Made by a program: the position numbers and the translations under genes. From NCBI GenBank assembly GCA_023248785.1, contig JAHFDX010000002.1, positions 6,540-30,772 of the forward strand: a DNA stretch of 24,233 bases, written 5' to 3'. Positions 16,004 to 23,671 of this stretch are shown one piece after another (positions within the stretch are counted from its first letter, which is position 1; the number at the start of each line of letters is the position of its first letter). The notes under the pieces are model-generated. The model saw nothing but the letters and a program-made list of their open reading frames with translations. It did no database searches and was not told the DNA's origin. The stretch is from Myxococcales bacterium. Lineage in GTDB: Bacteria; Myxococcota_A; Polyangia; Polyangiales; Polyangiaceae.

Positions 16004-17686
16004 ATGCACATTCCAAGGGCGACCATGCGCCGAGCAATCATTTGCGGATCCGCGCCTGCACTCGTCTCGAGCATTCTTGTCCCATTGGCACACGCGGTCC
16101 CCGACTGTCGAAAGCCGGGCTCTGAAGATATCCCGGCGTGTCGTCCCCGCCCACAGAAGCCCGGTCCACCTGTGGTTCTTGGAAACTACGATCTTGTTTC
16201 GGATTCGGCAGACGATAACGGCATCCCACGCAATCCACGATGGGCGAAACAAGAACGATATCGCCAGCGCACGGGGAAGACGGACTACACAAACCCCGAA
16301 GCACTGCCGAGCATTCGCCCGGACTGTCTCGACTTCTCAAAGAAGGGCGGATGGAACCTCTACGACGGATACAATCCCTTCATCGGCAACTCAACTTGCC
16401 GCGCGGCTCCAACCACCATCGATAACTGCTGGTTCGGCAAGTGCCTCTGGGGTCACTTCGAAACGGACTACCACGTATCCGGACACGCGAACTTTCAACC
16501 CGCCACTTTCGAAGGGCCCCTTCAATGGGAGTGCGCTGACAGTATTCCGAAGGGTGGCGATGTTGATTGGACGATGAACATCTACCCCGCGAACGGCGCG
16601 GGCGCCACCGGCTCCGATGGGCGAGTCCACCTCGAATGGGATCCGACCGAGTCGGGCGAAGACTTCACTACACCGTGGTGGTCGAGTTTTCGCAAAGGCA
16701 TTCACGACGGTTGGTCGTGGAAATCGATCACGGGGTACGACGAACCTACGTGCACCGCACAGCGTAAGACCGTTGGTGCGGCTTTCATGGACGGAAGGCG
16801 GGGCATCGTGACGGGACTGCTCGGACTTGACCTTGGCCACTCAAGCGCATCCGTCGAGCTTCATCCTGTATGGGCCATCGCCATCCATGCGAACGGCGTG
16901 AGGGCGAGCTCGCTGCAACCAGATCCAGCGTGGGACACGCTCCCCAGTGTTCCGCTCGATGACACGTGGGCTGTGATGGCGCGCAATTGGGGCAACGAAG
17001 GGTATTGCTCGTCGGGAGATTCGCATTTCCTCGAGACGAAAACCATTTCGATTCGCATCCCGTGGCCGACGAATGCGACGCAGGTCGAAGTGCTTCCTTC
17101 GACCACAATTTGGGGCTCAGTCTCGAACGGGAACAAGAACGATTCGAGCGATCTCGGGTGGGGCTATTGGATTGACCCCAAAAAGGAACATCGAGGTCTT
17201 GTGTTTGTAGCGGATCTCCCGCGTCCGGCCGCCCATGCGAATGTCTATGGTGAACTGCATCTGAAGTGGACGCTCGCGACCCAACGTCGTGTTCCACCGA
17301 TTGCGCTCGCGGCACTCGCTCCCGTCGAACATGTCGGACGCGATGGACACGATGGACACGATGGAGGTGAGACCGCACCCCAACTCATCAAGCGCATGAC
17401 AAAAGAACAACGGCGGGCGTTCGAGTCTGCAACTTCAGCACTACCCGCAGAGGCCGGCCCGTCGCGTTCGCCCGCGCTGCGGCTTCGCAATGGCACCGTT
17501 GCGAAGGCAGCAGCCACACCACCCAAGGCTCCACCTTTGGTCTCACCAATCCTCGATGCAGAGAGGCGCGGGCGGGATCACCAAAGGCTGACTGCGTTGT
17601 GTGCGGTGTACAAGGGTCACTTCCCGGAGCCTTGGTTCAAACAGGCATGCGATGGATTGCCGCGCATGCTGGGAGCGTCGCGTTAA
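16004..17686 (+). CDS. Large secreted hypothetical protein (~560 aa; start 16004 or 16025)
   Basis: Signal MRRAIICGSAPALVSSILVPLAHA. Trp/Cys/Asp-rich body with GLLGLDLGH..VELHPVWAIAIH and WAVMARNWGNEGYCS. Pro/Ala-rich tail. The ORF-track extension to 15788 looks non-coding. Confidence 0.8.
   Translation: MHIPRATMRRAIICGSAPALVSSILVPLAHAVPDCRKPGSEDIPACRPRPQKPGPPVVLGNYDLVSDSADDNGIPRNPRWAKQERYRQRTGKTDYTNPEALPSIRPDCLDFSKKGGWNLYDGYNPFIGNSTCRAAPTTIDNCWFGKCLWGHFETDYHVSGHANFQPATFEGPLQWECADSIPKGGDVDWTMNIYPANGAGATGSDGRVHLEWDPTESGEDFTTPWWSSFRKGIHDGWSWKSITGYDEPTCTAQRKTVGAAFMDGRRGIVTGLLGLDLGHSSASVELHPVWAIAIHANGVRASSLQPDPAWDTLPSVPLDDTWAVMARNWGNEGYCSSGDSHFLETKTISIRIPWPTNATQVEVLPSTTIWGSVSNGNKNDSSDLGWGYWIDPKKEHRGLVFVADLPRPAAHANVYGELHLKWTLATQRRVPPIALAALAPVEHVGRDGHDGHDGGETAPQLIKRMTKEQRRAFESATSALPAEAGPSRSPALRLRNGTVAKAAATPPKAPPLVSPILDAERRGRDHQRLTALCAVYKGHFPEPWFKQACDGLPRMLGASR
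17336..17365 (+). repeat. 9-bp tandem repeat (GGACRCGAT x3 + GGA) encoding GRD-GHD-GHD-G
   Basis: GGACGCGAT GGACACGAT GGACACGAT GGA, in frame within the secreted protein. Confidence 0.85.
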
Positions 17687-17842
17687 CCACGCTTCACCGA
17701 GTTTTTTCCCGACATACTCCTCGCGTCGTGTTGCGCGGTTTTCGAGGGCCGAGACGAGGTCGACCTCGACGGTCGGTCATCGAGACAGGCCGAGCAGAAG
17801 AGCTCGTAATCGAACGGCGAGGTGAATGCTCTCGCGACCGAC

Positions 17843-18397
17843 CTAGACGGCATCGAACTCATCGGCGGAGAACCATCCGTGCGCTCGCAGAAAACGTCGC
17901 GCAGCTTGCGCGAGTTCCAGCGCTGATGTGTACGCTGCGTACTTCTCGGGAAAGGTAGCGAGCACCTTATTCTTCGCACCGAAGAGCACGACTCGAGAAA
18001 CCGCGCGCGTTCCAACACTCGAGGCCGTGGGAGCAATACCCGCTAGCAGCTCAACGCTCACCATTTCTGTATCCTTGGTATCGAGCTCGACCCGCCGAAT
18101 CGACGCGAAGTTCACCTCCTTGTGAAAACCATCTCCGGCAAGCGTAAGCGTACCGCCCTCGAGCGAGAGCGTGAGCAATAGTCGTGTACGTTCTAGCCGG
18201 AACCAGGCCCACACAAGCAAGGGAACGAAAATGATTCCCAGCAGAGGTTGCATGAGCAGCCCTCCACCGAAAAGAATGGCAGCCGCGACGAAGAAGCCCA
18301 CGCGTCTACGTCGGTGACTACTCGCTTCGGGCTCGAGGCGTATGGTCGAAACAACCCCAATCGCTGAGGGTAGCTGTCGATAAGGAAGCATCTGCAT
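17843..18397 (-). CDS. Hypothetical membrane protein with two TM helices (~184 aa)
   Basis: N-terminal MQMLPYR, basic patch HRRRR, hydrophobic hairpin VGFFVAAAILFGGGLLMQPLLGIIFVPLLVWAWF, then a soluble beta-rich domain. Start uncertain (18397, 18391 or 18481). Confidence 0.7.
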   Translation of the reverse strand: MQMLPYRQLPSAIGVVSTIRLEPEASSHRRRRVGFFVAAAILFGGGLLMQPLLGIIFVPLLVWAWFRLERTRLLLTLSLEGGTLTLAGDGFHKEVNFASIRRVELDTKDTEMVSVELLAGIAPTASSVGTRAVSRVVLFGAKNKVLATFPEKYAAYTSALELAQAARRFLRAHGWFSADEFDAV

Positions 18398-18474
18398 GAT
18401 TGCCGTATAATTGTGCGCAGCGGTGCCTGCAATCGTGCGCCAGTCATCTGGCCACCTCAGCGGTAGGCAGACAA

Positions 18475-18492
18475 TTGTCATCGTTCTGTCAT
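18475..18492 (+). promoter_or_regulatory. Pho-box-like direct repeat (OmpR/PhoB-family site)
   Basis: TTGTCAT-CGTT-CTGTCAT: 7+4+7 layout with 11-bp period, matching the E. coli CTGTCAT half-site, 83 bp upstream of the acyltransferase start. Confidence 0.45.
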
Positions 18493-18575
18493 CGCCCCCC
18501 CAGGCGCATCACATGATGGCCATTCCCAGCCCCCCACAGGGAAAATCACGTTGATTCCACGTATCGTTCATCATT

Positions 18576-19190
18576 GTGAACCTACGCAGGATGATGGGTC
18601 GCGCGTTTCTTCGCGCGTTCGGATGGACAGCGGAGCATCACTTTCCTGACGTCGACAAGGCCGTGGTGATCGCGGCGCCGCACACGTCGGGTTGGGACTT
18701 GCCGTTCATGATTGCGTGCGGGTGGGCGCTCGACGTGAAGTTCAATTGGGTGGGCAAGAAAGAACTTTTCGCGCCGCCTTTTGGCTCGTTCATGCGCATG
18801 GTGGGAGGCCTTCCGGTGAACCGCGGCTCCAAGAGCGACACGGTCGGACGCATCGCGGAGGCCGTGCGCGCCGAAGACAAGGTTCTACTTTGCATCTCGC
18901 CCGAAGGCACGCGTTCCACAACCAAGCGCTGGAAGTCTGGGTTCTACTGGATTGCCGTCGAAGCGAATGTACCGATCGTGCTTGGCTTCCTCGACTTCGG
19001 AAAGAAGCGCGGAGGACTTGGCGCCGTGTTCTGGCCAACGGGCGACATCGTGCGCGACATGGATCAGGTGCGTGCTTTCTACAGCGGAATGAAGGGACGC
19101 AACCCGGGCAAGCAGAGCGAGATCGCGCTCGCGTCCGAGGATGAGCATCAGGGGCGAACGACCGCGCGATCCACCGCCACTGCCGCCTGA
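18576..19190 (+). CDS. Lysophospholipid acyltransferase (PlsC/LPLAT family)
   Basis: APHTSGWD (HxxxxD), GKKELF, PVNRG, SPEGTRS, WKSGFY. Start GTG 18576 or ATG 18591. Confidence 0.92.
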   Translation: MNLRRMMGRAFLRAFGWTAEHHFPDVDKAVVIAAPHTSGWDLPFMIACGWALDVKFNWVGKKELFAPPFGSFMRMVGGLPVNRGSKSDTVGRIAEAVRAEDKVLLCISPEGTRSTTKRWKSGFYWIAVEANVPIVLGFLDFGKKRGGLGAVFWPTGDIVRDMDQVRAFYSGMKGRNPGKQSEIALASEDEHQGRTTARSTATAA

Positions 19191-19265
19191 TCACTTCGCC
19201 TGGATCTGAGTCACGCTGACACAGTGGATCGGCGAATTTGCCGGCCAATTCTCACATCTTGCTCA

Positions 19266-19281
19266 CGGCACGCACCTTGCT
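19266..19281 (+). promoter_or_regulatory. sigma54 (-24/-12) promoter
   Basis: CGGCACGCACCTTGCT fits YGGCACG-N4-TTGCW with exact GG-N10-GC spacing. AGGAG SD at 19295-19299 and ATG at 19310 follow. Confidence 0.8.
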
Positions 19282-19309
19282 CAAAGGACGGCGCAGGAGC
19301 TCTTAATCC

Positions 19310-19645
19310 ATGAACCGAACGAAACACACATATTCCCGCGTGAGCCACACCATCGTCGCCATGGGCGTCGCGTTTGGTGCCGCGTGCAGCGGTCGCACGG
19401 ACGATCCGAACGGCGCAACCCTCAGCGATGGTTCCGCAACAGACGGCGGAACTGACGCAGACGCTTGGCCACATGAGAGCGCCACCGCGAAAGCGCCGGA
19501 CGCAAGCGATGCCGGCAGTTCCGATGCGGACGCTTGGCCACACGAGGGCGCCGACGTGAAAGCGCCGGATGCAAGCGATGCCAGTGAGGTCGACGCTCCG
19601 TGGGTTCACGAGGGGCCCAGCGTGCTGGATTCAGGACAGCCGTGA
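19310..19645 (+). CDS. Small acidic lipoprotein with three W-x-H-E repeats; candidate RiPP-like precursor (111 aa)
   Basis: AGGAG SD. Signal ending AFGAAC-SG. Repeats DADAWPHES, DADAWPHEG, DAPWVHEGP. TGATG-coupled to the next gene. Confidence 0.8.
   Translation: MNRTKHTYSRVSHTIVAMGVAFGAACSGRTDDPNGATLSDGSATDGGTDADAWPHESATAKAPDASDAGSSDADAWPHEGADVKAPDASDASEVDAPWVHEGPSVLDSGQP
19454..19582 (+). repeat. Two ~60-bp degenerate direct repeats with 69-bp (23-codon) period, in frame
   Basis: GACGCTTGGCCACAYGAG...GAAAGCGCCGGAYGCAAGCGATGCC starts at 19460 and at 19529. Confidence 0.9.
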
Positions 19646-20490
19646 TGCCCGCCGGATTGCCGAGCAAAAAACTCCGCCCACGCCTTCCGCAAAAATCGGC
19701 CACGCTCGTTGAGTTTCGCCTTCGACGTTACAAGCCCGTCGCCATTGAGTGGACTGACTTGCCCACAGACACCATTGCTCCATCGGAGCGAAGGGTCATC
19801 GCGCGTGTTTGGGCATCACGCGCTCGAAGTGAACACTCCGCCGTTGGAGCATTCTCGCAGCTCGCGTACGAAGCCGCGCGCCTCAACGCGCCCTCACCGA
19901 TTCTCGAAATGCTCACGCGCGCTGCACACGATGAAGTGCGACATGCAACGCTCTGCGACGATTACGCAGCCACGCTTGTTGGACCGGAATATCAGCCTCT
20001 TCCACGCATGGGAGTGCCTCACGGGCCAACCTTTGGACTCGAACCCTCGCGCGAACGCACGTTGCTTCGCATCGTTGCGTTGTCGTGTTTCAACGAAACA
20101 ATCACGAGTGCATACTTCACGCAGATGTTGAAGGGACCTCTTCACGCACCGGTTCGCACGCTCGTGAGTTCTCTGCTCGAAGATGAGATGGATCACGCTC
20201 GCGTCGGTTGGGCGTACGCGAAGGTAGCTATCGACGCGGGATGGGGTGAATCGGCCCTTACCCTCGCGATGGACAAGCTCGTCGCAAGCTGCATGCAGCC
20301 GCTTGTAGTGGCGCGACGTTTTGGACGCTCGCACGAAGCAATGCGGGCCTTCGGCTACTTTGCACCGGGGGAAGATTTTGCCATTGCCGTCGACACGTTG
20401 CGCTCGGTCGTGTTGCCCGGATTCAAAACGCTGGGCATCGATTCAAAAATCGGCCAAGACACACTTGAGGCCCTAACCCGCGCTAGCTAA
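19645..20490 (+). CDS. Ferritin-like (four-helix diiron) domain protein (281 aa)
   Basis: Full E...ExxH...E...ExxH ligand set: RSEHSA, HDEVRH, FNETI, EDEMDH. ATG 19645 overlaps the TGA of the upstream lipoprotein. No signal peptide. Confidence 0.85.
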   Translation: MPAGLPSKKLRPRLPQKSATLVEFRLRRYKPVAIEWTDLPTDTIAPSERRVIARVWASRARSEHSAVGAFSQLAYEAARLNAPSPILEMLTRAAHDEVRHATLCDDYAATLVGPEYQPLPRMGVPHGPTFGLEPSRERTLLRIVALSCFNETITSAYFTQMLKGPLHAPVRTLVSSLLEDEMDHARVGWAYAKVAIDAGWGESALTLAMDKLVASCMQPLVVARRFGRSHEAMRAFGYFAPGEDFAIAVDTLRSVVLPGFKTLGIDSKIGQDTLEALTRAS

Positions 20491-21679
20491 TTTCCTTCAG
20501 CACTTCGACAACCGTTCGCACGCCTTCACGTAACTCACCGTCGCTCACGATAAGCGGAGGCGTGAATCGAAGAACTCGTTCACCCGCCGCAGTGAGGAGC
20601 ACCCCGCGATCGAGAATTTTTCCTAGCCAATCTCGAGCAAGCAGGCCTTCGCGAAGGATGAGCCCTTGCAGCAAGCCAACTCCGCGTGAGCCTTCGCACG
20701 CGTTTGGAAGAGCCTTTGCTGCATCCTTCAAGAGCGAAGTGAGGAGCTGCCCGCGAGCCCTTACGGCATCGCAAAGCTTCTCGTTTTCGATCGTGCGAAG
20801 CACCGCAAGCGCTGCAGAACATGCCAGCGGATTTCCTCCAAACGTCGATCCGTGCGTGCCCGGTGGCAACGCATCGGCTACGCGCGCATTCGTCACCATT
20901 GCGCCAATCGGAACGCCTCCTGCGAGTCCCTTCGCGAGCGCGATCGCATCGGGTTCAATCTGCCCTTGAAATCCGAACATCTTCCCGAGGCGGCCCATAC
21001 CTGTCTGCACTTCGTCGACGAGCAAGAGAGCTCCATGCTCGTCGGCAAGTTTTCGCAGCCCGACAAGAAATCCCTCCGGAGCAGGCAGAACTCCGCCTTC
21101 ACCTTGAACGGGTTCCACCACGATGCCCGCCACATCGGCACCCATCGCAGCGCGCACTTGATCCAGATCTCCGTACGCGACGTGCGTAGTGGGGCCACAC
21201 TGCCCGAACCCCTCTCTGTACTTCGGGGTTCCTGTCAGCGTGAGTGCACCCATCGTGCGACCGTGAAACGCGTTGTGAAAAGCGATCATGCGCTGACGCA
21301 TCTTGTCACCGCGCGCATAGTGGTAGCGGCGCGCAAGCTTGAGCATCGCTTCGTTCGCTTCGGCGCCTGAGTTGCAAAAGAACGCGCGCGCGAGGCCCGT
21401 GTGTCGAACCAGTGCCTCGGCGAGCTCAATATTGGGTGCGTTGTAGAAGTAATTGGACACGTGAATGACGCGTGCTGCTTGCTCCGCAATTGCTTTCGTC
21501 AATTCAGGGTGCGCGTGCCCCAACGTGCTCACTGCTACGCCAGCACATAGGTCGAGGTATCGCTTTCCTCCCTCATCGTAGAGGGAGCAGCCCTCTCCGC
21601 GCACGAAGACGACTGGAGCGGGTCGATAGTTGCCGTAGAGGTACTGCTTTGCCAGTTCAAGATGCGGCGCGCTTTTCAT
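20483..21679 (-). CDS. argD: Acetylornithine aminotransferase (class III PLP, 398 aa)
   Basis: YLDLCAGVAVSTLGHAHP, FFCNSGAEANE, FHGRTMG, EPVQGEGGV, DEVQTGMGR, LAKGLAGG (PLP Lys), HGSTFGGNPL. ATG 21679 with GAGG SD and ATGA overlap. Confidence 0.9.
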   Translation of the reverse strand: MKSAPHLELAKQYLYGNYRPAPVVFVRGEGCSLYDEGGKRYLDLCAGVAVSTLGHAHPELTKAIAEQAARVIHVSNYFYNAPNIELAEALVRHTGLARAFFCNSGAEANEAMLKLARRYHYARGDKMRQRMIAFHNAFHGRTMGALTLTGTPKYREGFGQCGPTTHVAYGDLDQVRAAMGADVAGIVVEPVQGEGGVLPAPEGFLVGLRKLADEHGALLLVDEVQTGMGRLGKMFGFQGQIEPDAIALAKGLAGGVPIGAMVTNARVADALPPGTHGSTFGGNPLACSAALAVLRTIENEKLCDAVRARGQLLTSLLKDAAKALPNACEGSRGVGLLQGLILREGLLARDWLGKILDRGVLLTAAGERVLRFTPPLIVSDGELREGVRTVVEVLKEIS

Positions 21680-22467
21680 CCAGACCTCTTTTGTAGGATG
21701 GCATTGGCGACTTGGACAAATCCAGCGCCACTTGGAAAAGAAGCGATGTACCGCGGAGGGACGGACAACGCGGACATATGATCTGCCACGTTCGAGACGC
21801 CAAAAGTCGTATGAAATGCGGCAAAACACGCGGCGTCGTTGCCACTGTCGCCAATGAAGGCAAGCGACCTACGCAGGGCGGTTGGGTCGGCGTCCCAGAT
21901 CGATCGCGCAAACTGAAGCGCGCCGGTTGCCTTGTCGTGGGCGTCAAACGTTGCGTGCAGATGGACGCTTGAAACACTGACCCGTGCGCCGTGTGCAAGC
22001 ACCACGTCGCGCATCATGGCCACGCGGTCCGGTGGGACACGTTGATGTTCACCAATGTCCCACGTGAGGTCTGATGCACGAAGGTGCGCGTCACCGGCCA
22101 CTTTTGCATCAGGGACGCGGTTTCGCATTTCGTCCGCGAGCCTTGCAAGTCGAATCCGGCGACTACGGCGTTCGTCGGGAACACACGAATCGACGACTTG
22201 AACCCGTGACCTTTCGCGGACAACGAATAGGTTGCCGTTCTCGGCGATACCTCCTGAAACAGGAAAAATGCGCACAAGCACTTCGACCCATCCAACCGGA
22301 CGCCCCGTCACGATGGCAAGCTTCAGCCCCGCATCGGAAAGATCCCAGAGAGCCTGGTAGGTCTGCGAACGAAGAAGACCGTCGGTAAGAAACGTGTCGT
22401 CGAGATCGAACAGGAGGCCCACGAGCCTCGCGGCTTCTTCCGTTTTGAGATCCCTAAGCGGTTGCAA
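21676..22467 (-). CDS. HAD-superfamily hydrolase, subfamily IIB-like (start TTG 22467 or GTG 22482)
   Basis: Motif I DLDDT, motif II VTGRP, IAENG, K in DKATG, motif IV IGDSGND. GGAGG SD 6 nt before TTG 22467. Confidence 0.88.
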   Translation of the reverse strand: MQPLRDLKTEEAARLVGLLFDLDDTFLTDGLLRSQTYQALWDLSDAGLKLAIVTGRPVGWVEVLVRIFPVSGGIAENGNLFVVRERSRVQVVDSCVPDERRSRRIRLARLADEMRNRVPDAKVAGDAHLRASDLTWDIGEHQRVPPDRVAMMRDVVLAHGARVSVSSVHLHATFDAHDKATGALQFARSIWDADPTALRRSLAFIGDSGNDAACFAAFHTTFGVSNVADHMSALSVPPRYIASFPSGAGFVQVANAILQKRSG

Positions 22468-23671
22468 GCATAACCTCCGCACGACCCCCGGGGATGATTC
22501 GCGCGATCAGTGCTTTTAAGTACAGCCCCTCCCCAAATGCCGCAGGAACAGGATGGTCTGGACCTTGAAAGTGACGCTCAAGCACGATCGCTTCGCATCC
22601 GGCACGGCGCGCTCCTAGAGCCAACGCGCGCGTGAGGGCATAGAGATCGATTGCGCTCGAACACGAACAGAACGCGAGCAAGCCTCCTTTACGGGTTGCG
22701 AGGCATCCCGCTTGAGCCCATCTTTCATAGGCACCGAGCGCCTTGTCGCGATTGGCCCGCGTGGGGGCGAGTCGTGGCGGATCGACGATGACTCGATCGA
22801 ACGCATGGCGATTCGCTTCATCTGAAAGTACTTTGCGCGCATCTCCACGCCGGAACTCAATTCGATCCGAAACGCCATTGCGCTCCGCGTGCTCTTGACC
22901 CACACGCAGCGCGGCCGGGCTCTCGTCCACCGCAAGCACGAACTTTGCCCCCCCCCGCGCAACGCCGAGAGCAAACGATCCGACAAATGTGCACGCGTCG
23001 AGCACCTTTTGCCCAGGGGCCAACGCTTCGATGCGTTCTCGTAACATTCGCTGATCAAAATAGTATCCCGTTTTTTGCCCGATCTCGACGGGAATGGAAA
23101 ATGCGAGGCCTCGCTCTTTGAATTCAAACGCGGGACCGATCTCGCCGCAGAGGAGAGCTCGCTCCGATGTGAACCCCTCGAGTTGCATCACGTGGGTCGG
23201 CGTTCGGTCTGAAATGGAACGTGGCGCCACAAGGTCGGTCAGAGCGTCCAGCGCCATCGCTTGCCGCCTCTTCATTCCTACGGTGAGAAATTGAACGACA
23301 AGCGCATCGCCCAAACGATCCACGATGAGCCCGGCAAGGCCATCCCCTTCGGCATGAACCAATCGGTATCCCGTCGTGCCCTCGTTCGGCAAGCCTAGCT
23401 CGCCCCGCGCAGCCAACGCACCCGCAAGCTTGGATCGAACCCACACATCGTCGAGCGTTTCCTCAGGGTTGCGCGACAGGATGCGCAAAACGATGGCGCT
23501 CGACGGCGAATAGAAGCCCCGACCGAGAAAATTGCCATGCGGATCGATCAACTCAACCACATCGCCCGGCTCGGCGGCCCCCTGCAGACGCTCGACAGCT
23601 TGGGCGTACACCCACGGATGACCAGCCCACACGGCCTGGACGTGCCCCCGCTTGAGCTTCAGCGTTGCCAT
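22454..23671 (-). CDS. rlmI: PUA-domain class I SAM-dependent rRNA methyltransferase (RlmI-like m5C family)
   Basis: GHPWVY, YRLVHAEGDGLAGLIVDR, GQKTGYYFDQR, VLDACTFVGSF, VDES, DPPR, FCSCS, GPDHPV...GLYLK. Confidence 0.85.
   Translation of the reverse strand: MATLKLKRGHVQAVWAGHPWVYAQAVERLQGAAEPGDVVELIDPHGNFLGRGFYSPSSAIVLRILSRNPEETLDDVWVRSKLAGALAARGELGLPNEGTTGYRLVHAEGDGLAGLIVDRLGDALVVQFLTVGMKRRQAMALDALTDLVAPRSISDRTPTHVMQLEGFTSERALLCGEIGPAFEFKERGLAFSIPVEIGQKTGYYFDQRMLRERIEALAPGQKVLDACTFVGSFALGVARGGAKFVLAVDESPAALRVGQEHAERNGVSDRIEFRRGDARKVLSDEANRHAFDRVIVDPPRLAPTRANRDKALGAYERWAQAGCLATRKGGLLAFCSCSSAIDLYALTRALALGARRAGCEAIVLERHFQGPDHPVPAAFGEGLYLKALIARIIPGGRAEVMLATA

Noticed and set aside
17683-17852. 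Possible small minus-strand ORF MPSRSVARAFTSPFDYELFCSACLDD...
   Set aside because: No SD or recognisable motif, Ser/Arg-rich composition typical of non-coding frames, and overlap with the convergent stop codon.
19211-19609. Minus-strand ORF with repeated GIACxRRF..GALxWPSV
   Set aside because: Antisense reading of the repeat lipoprotein; the promoter, SD and TGATG coupling all support the plus strand.
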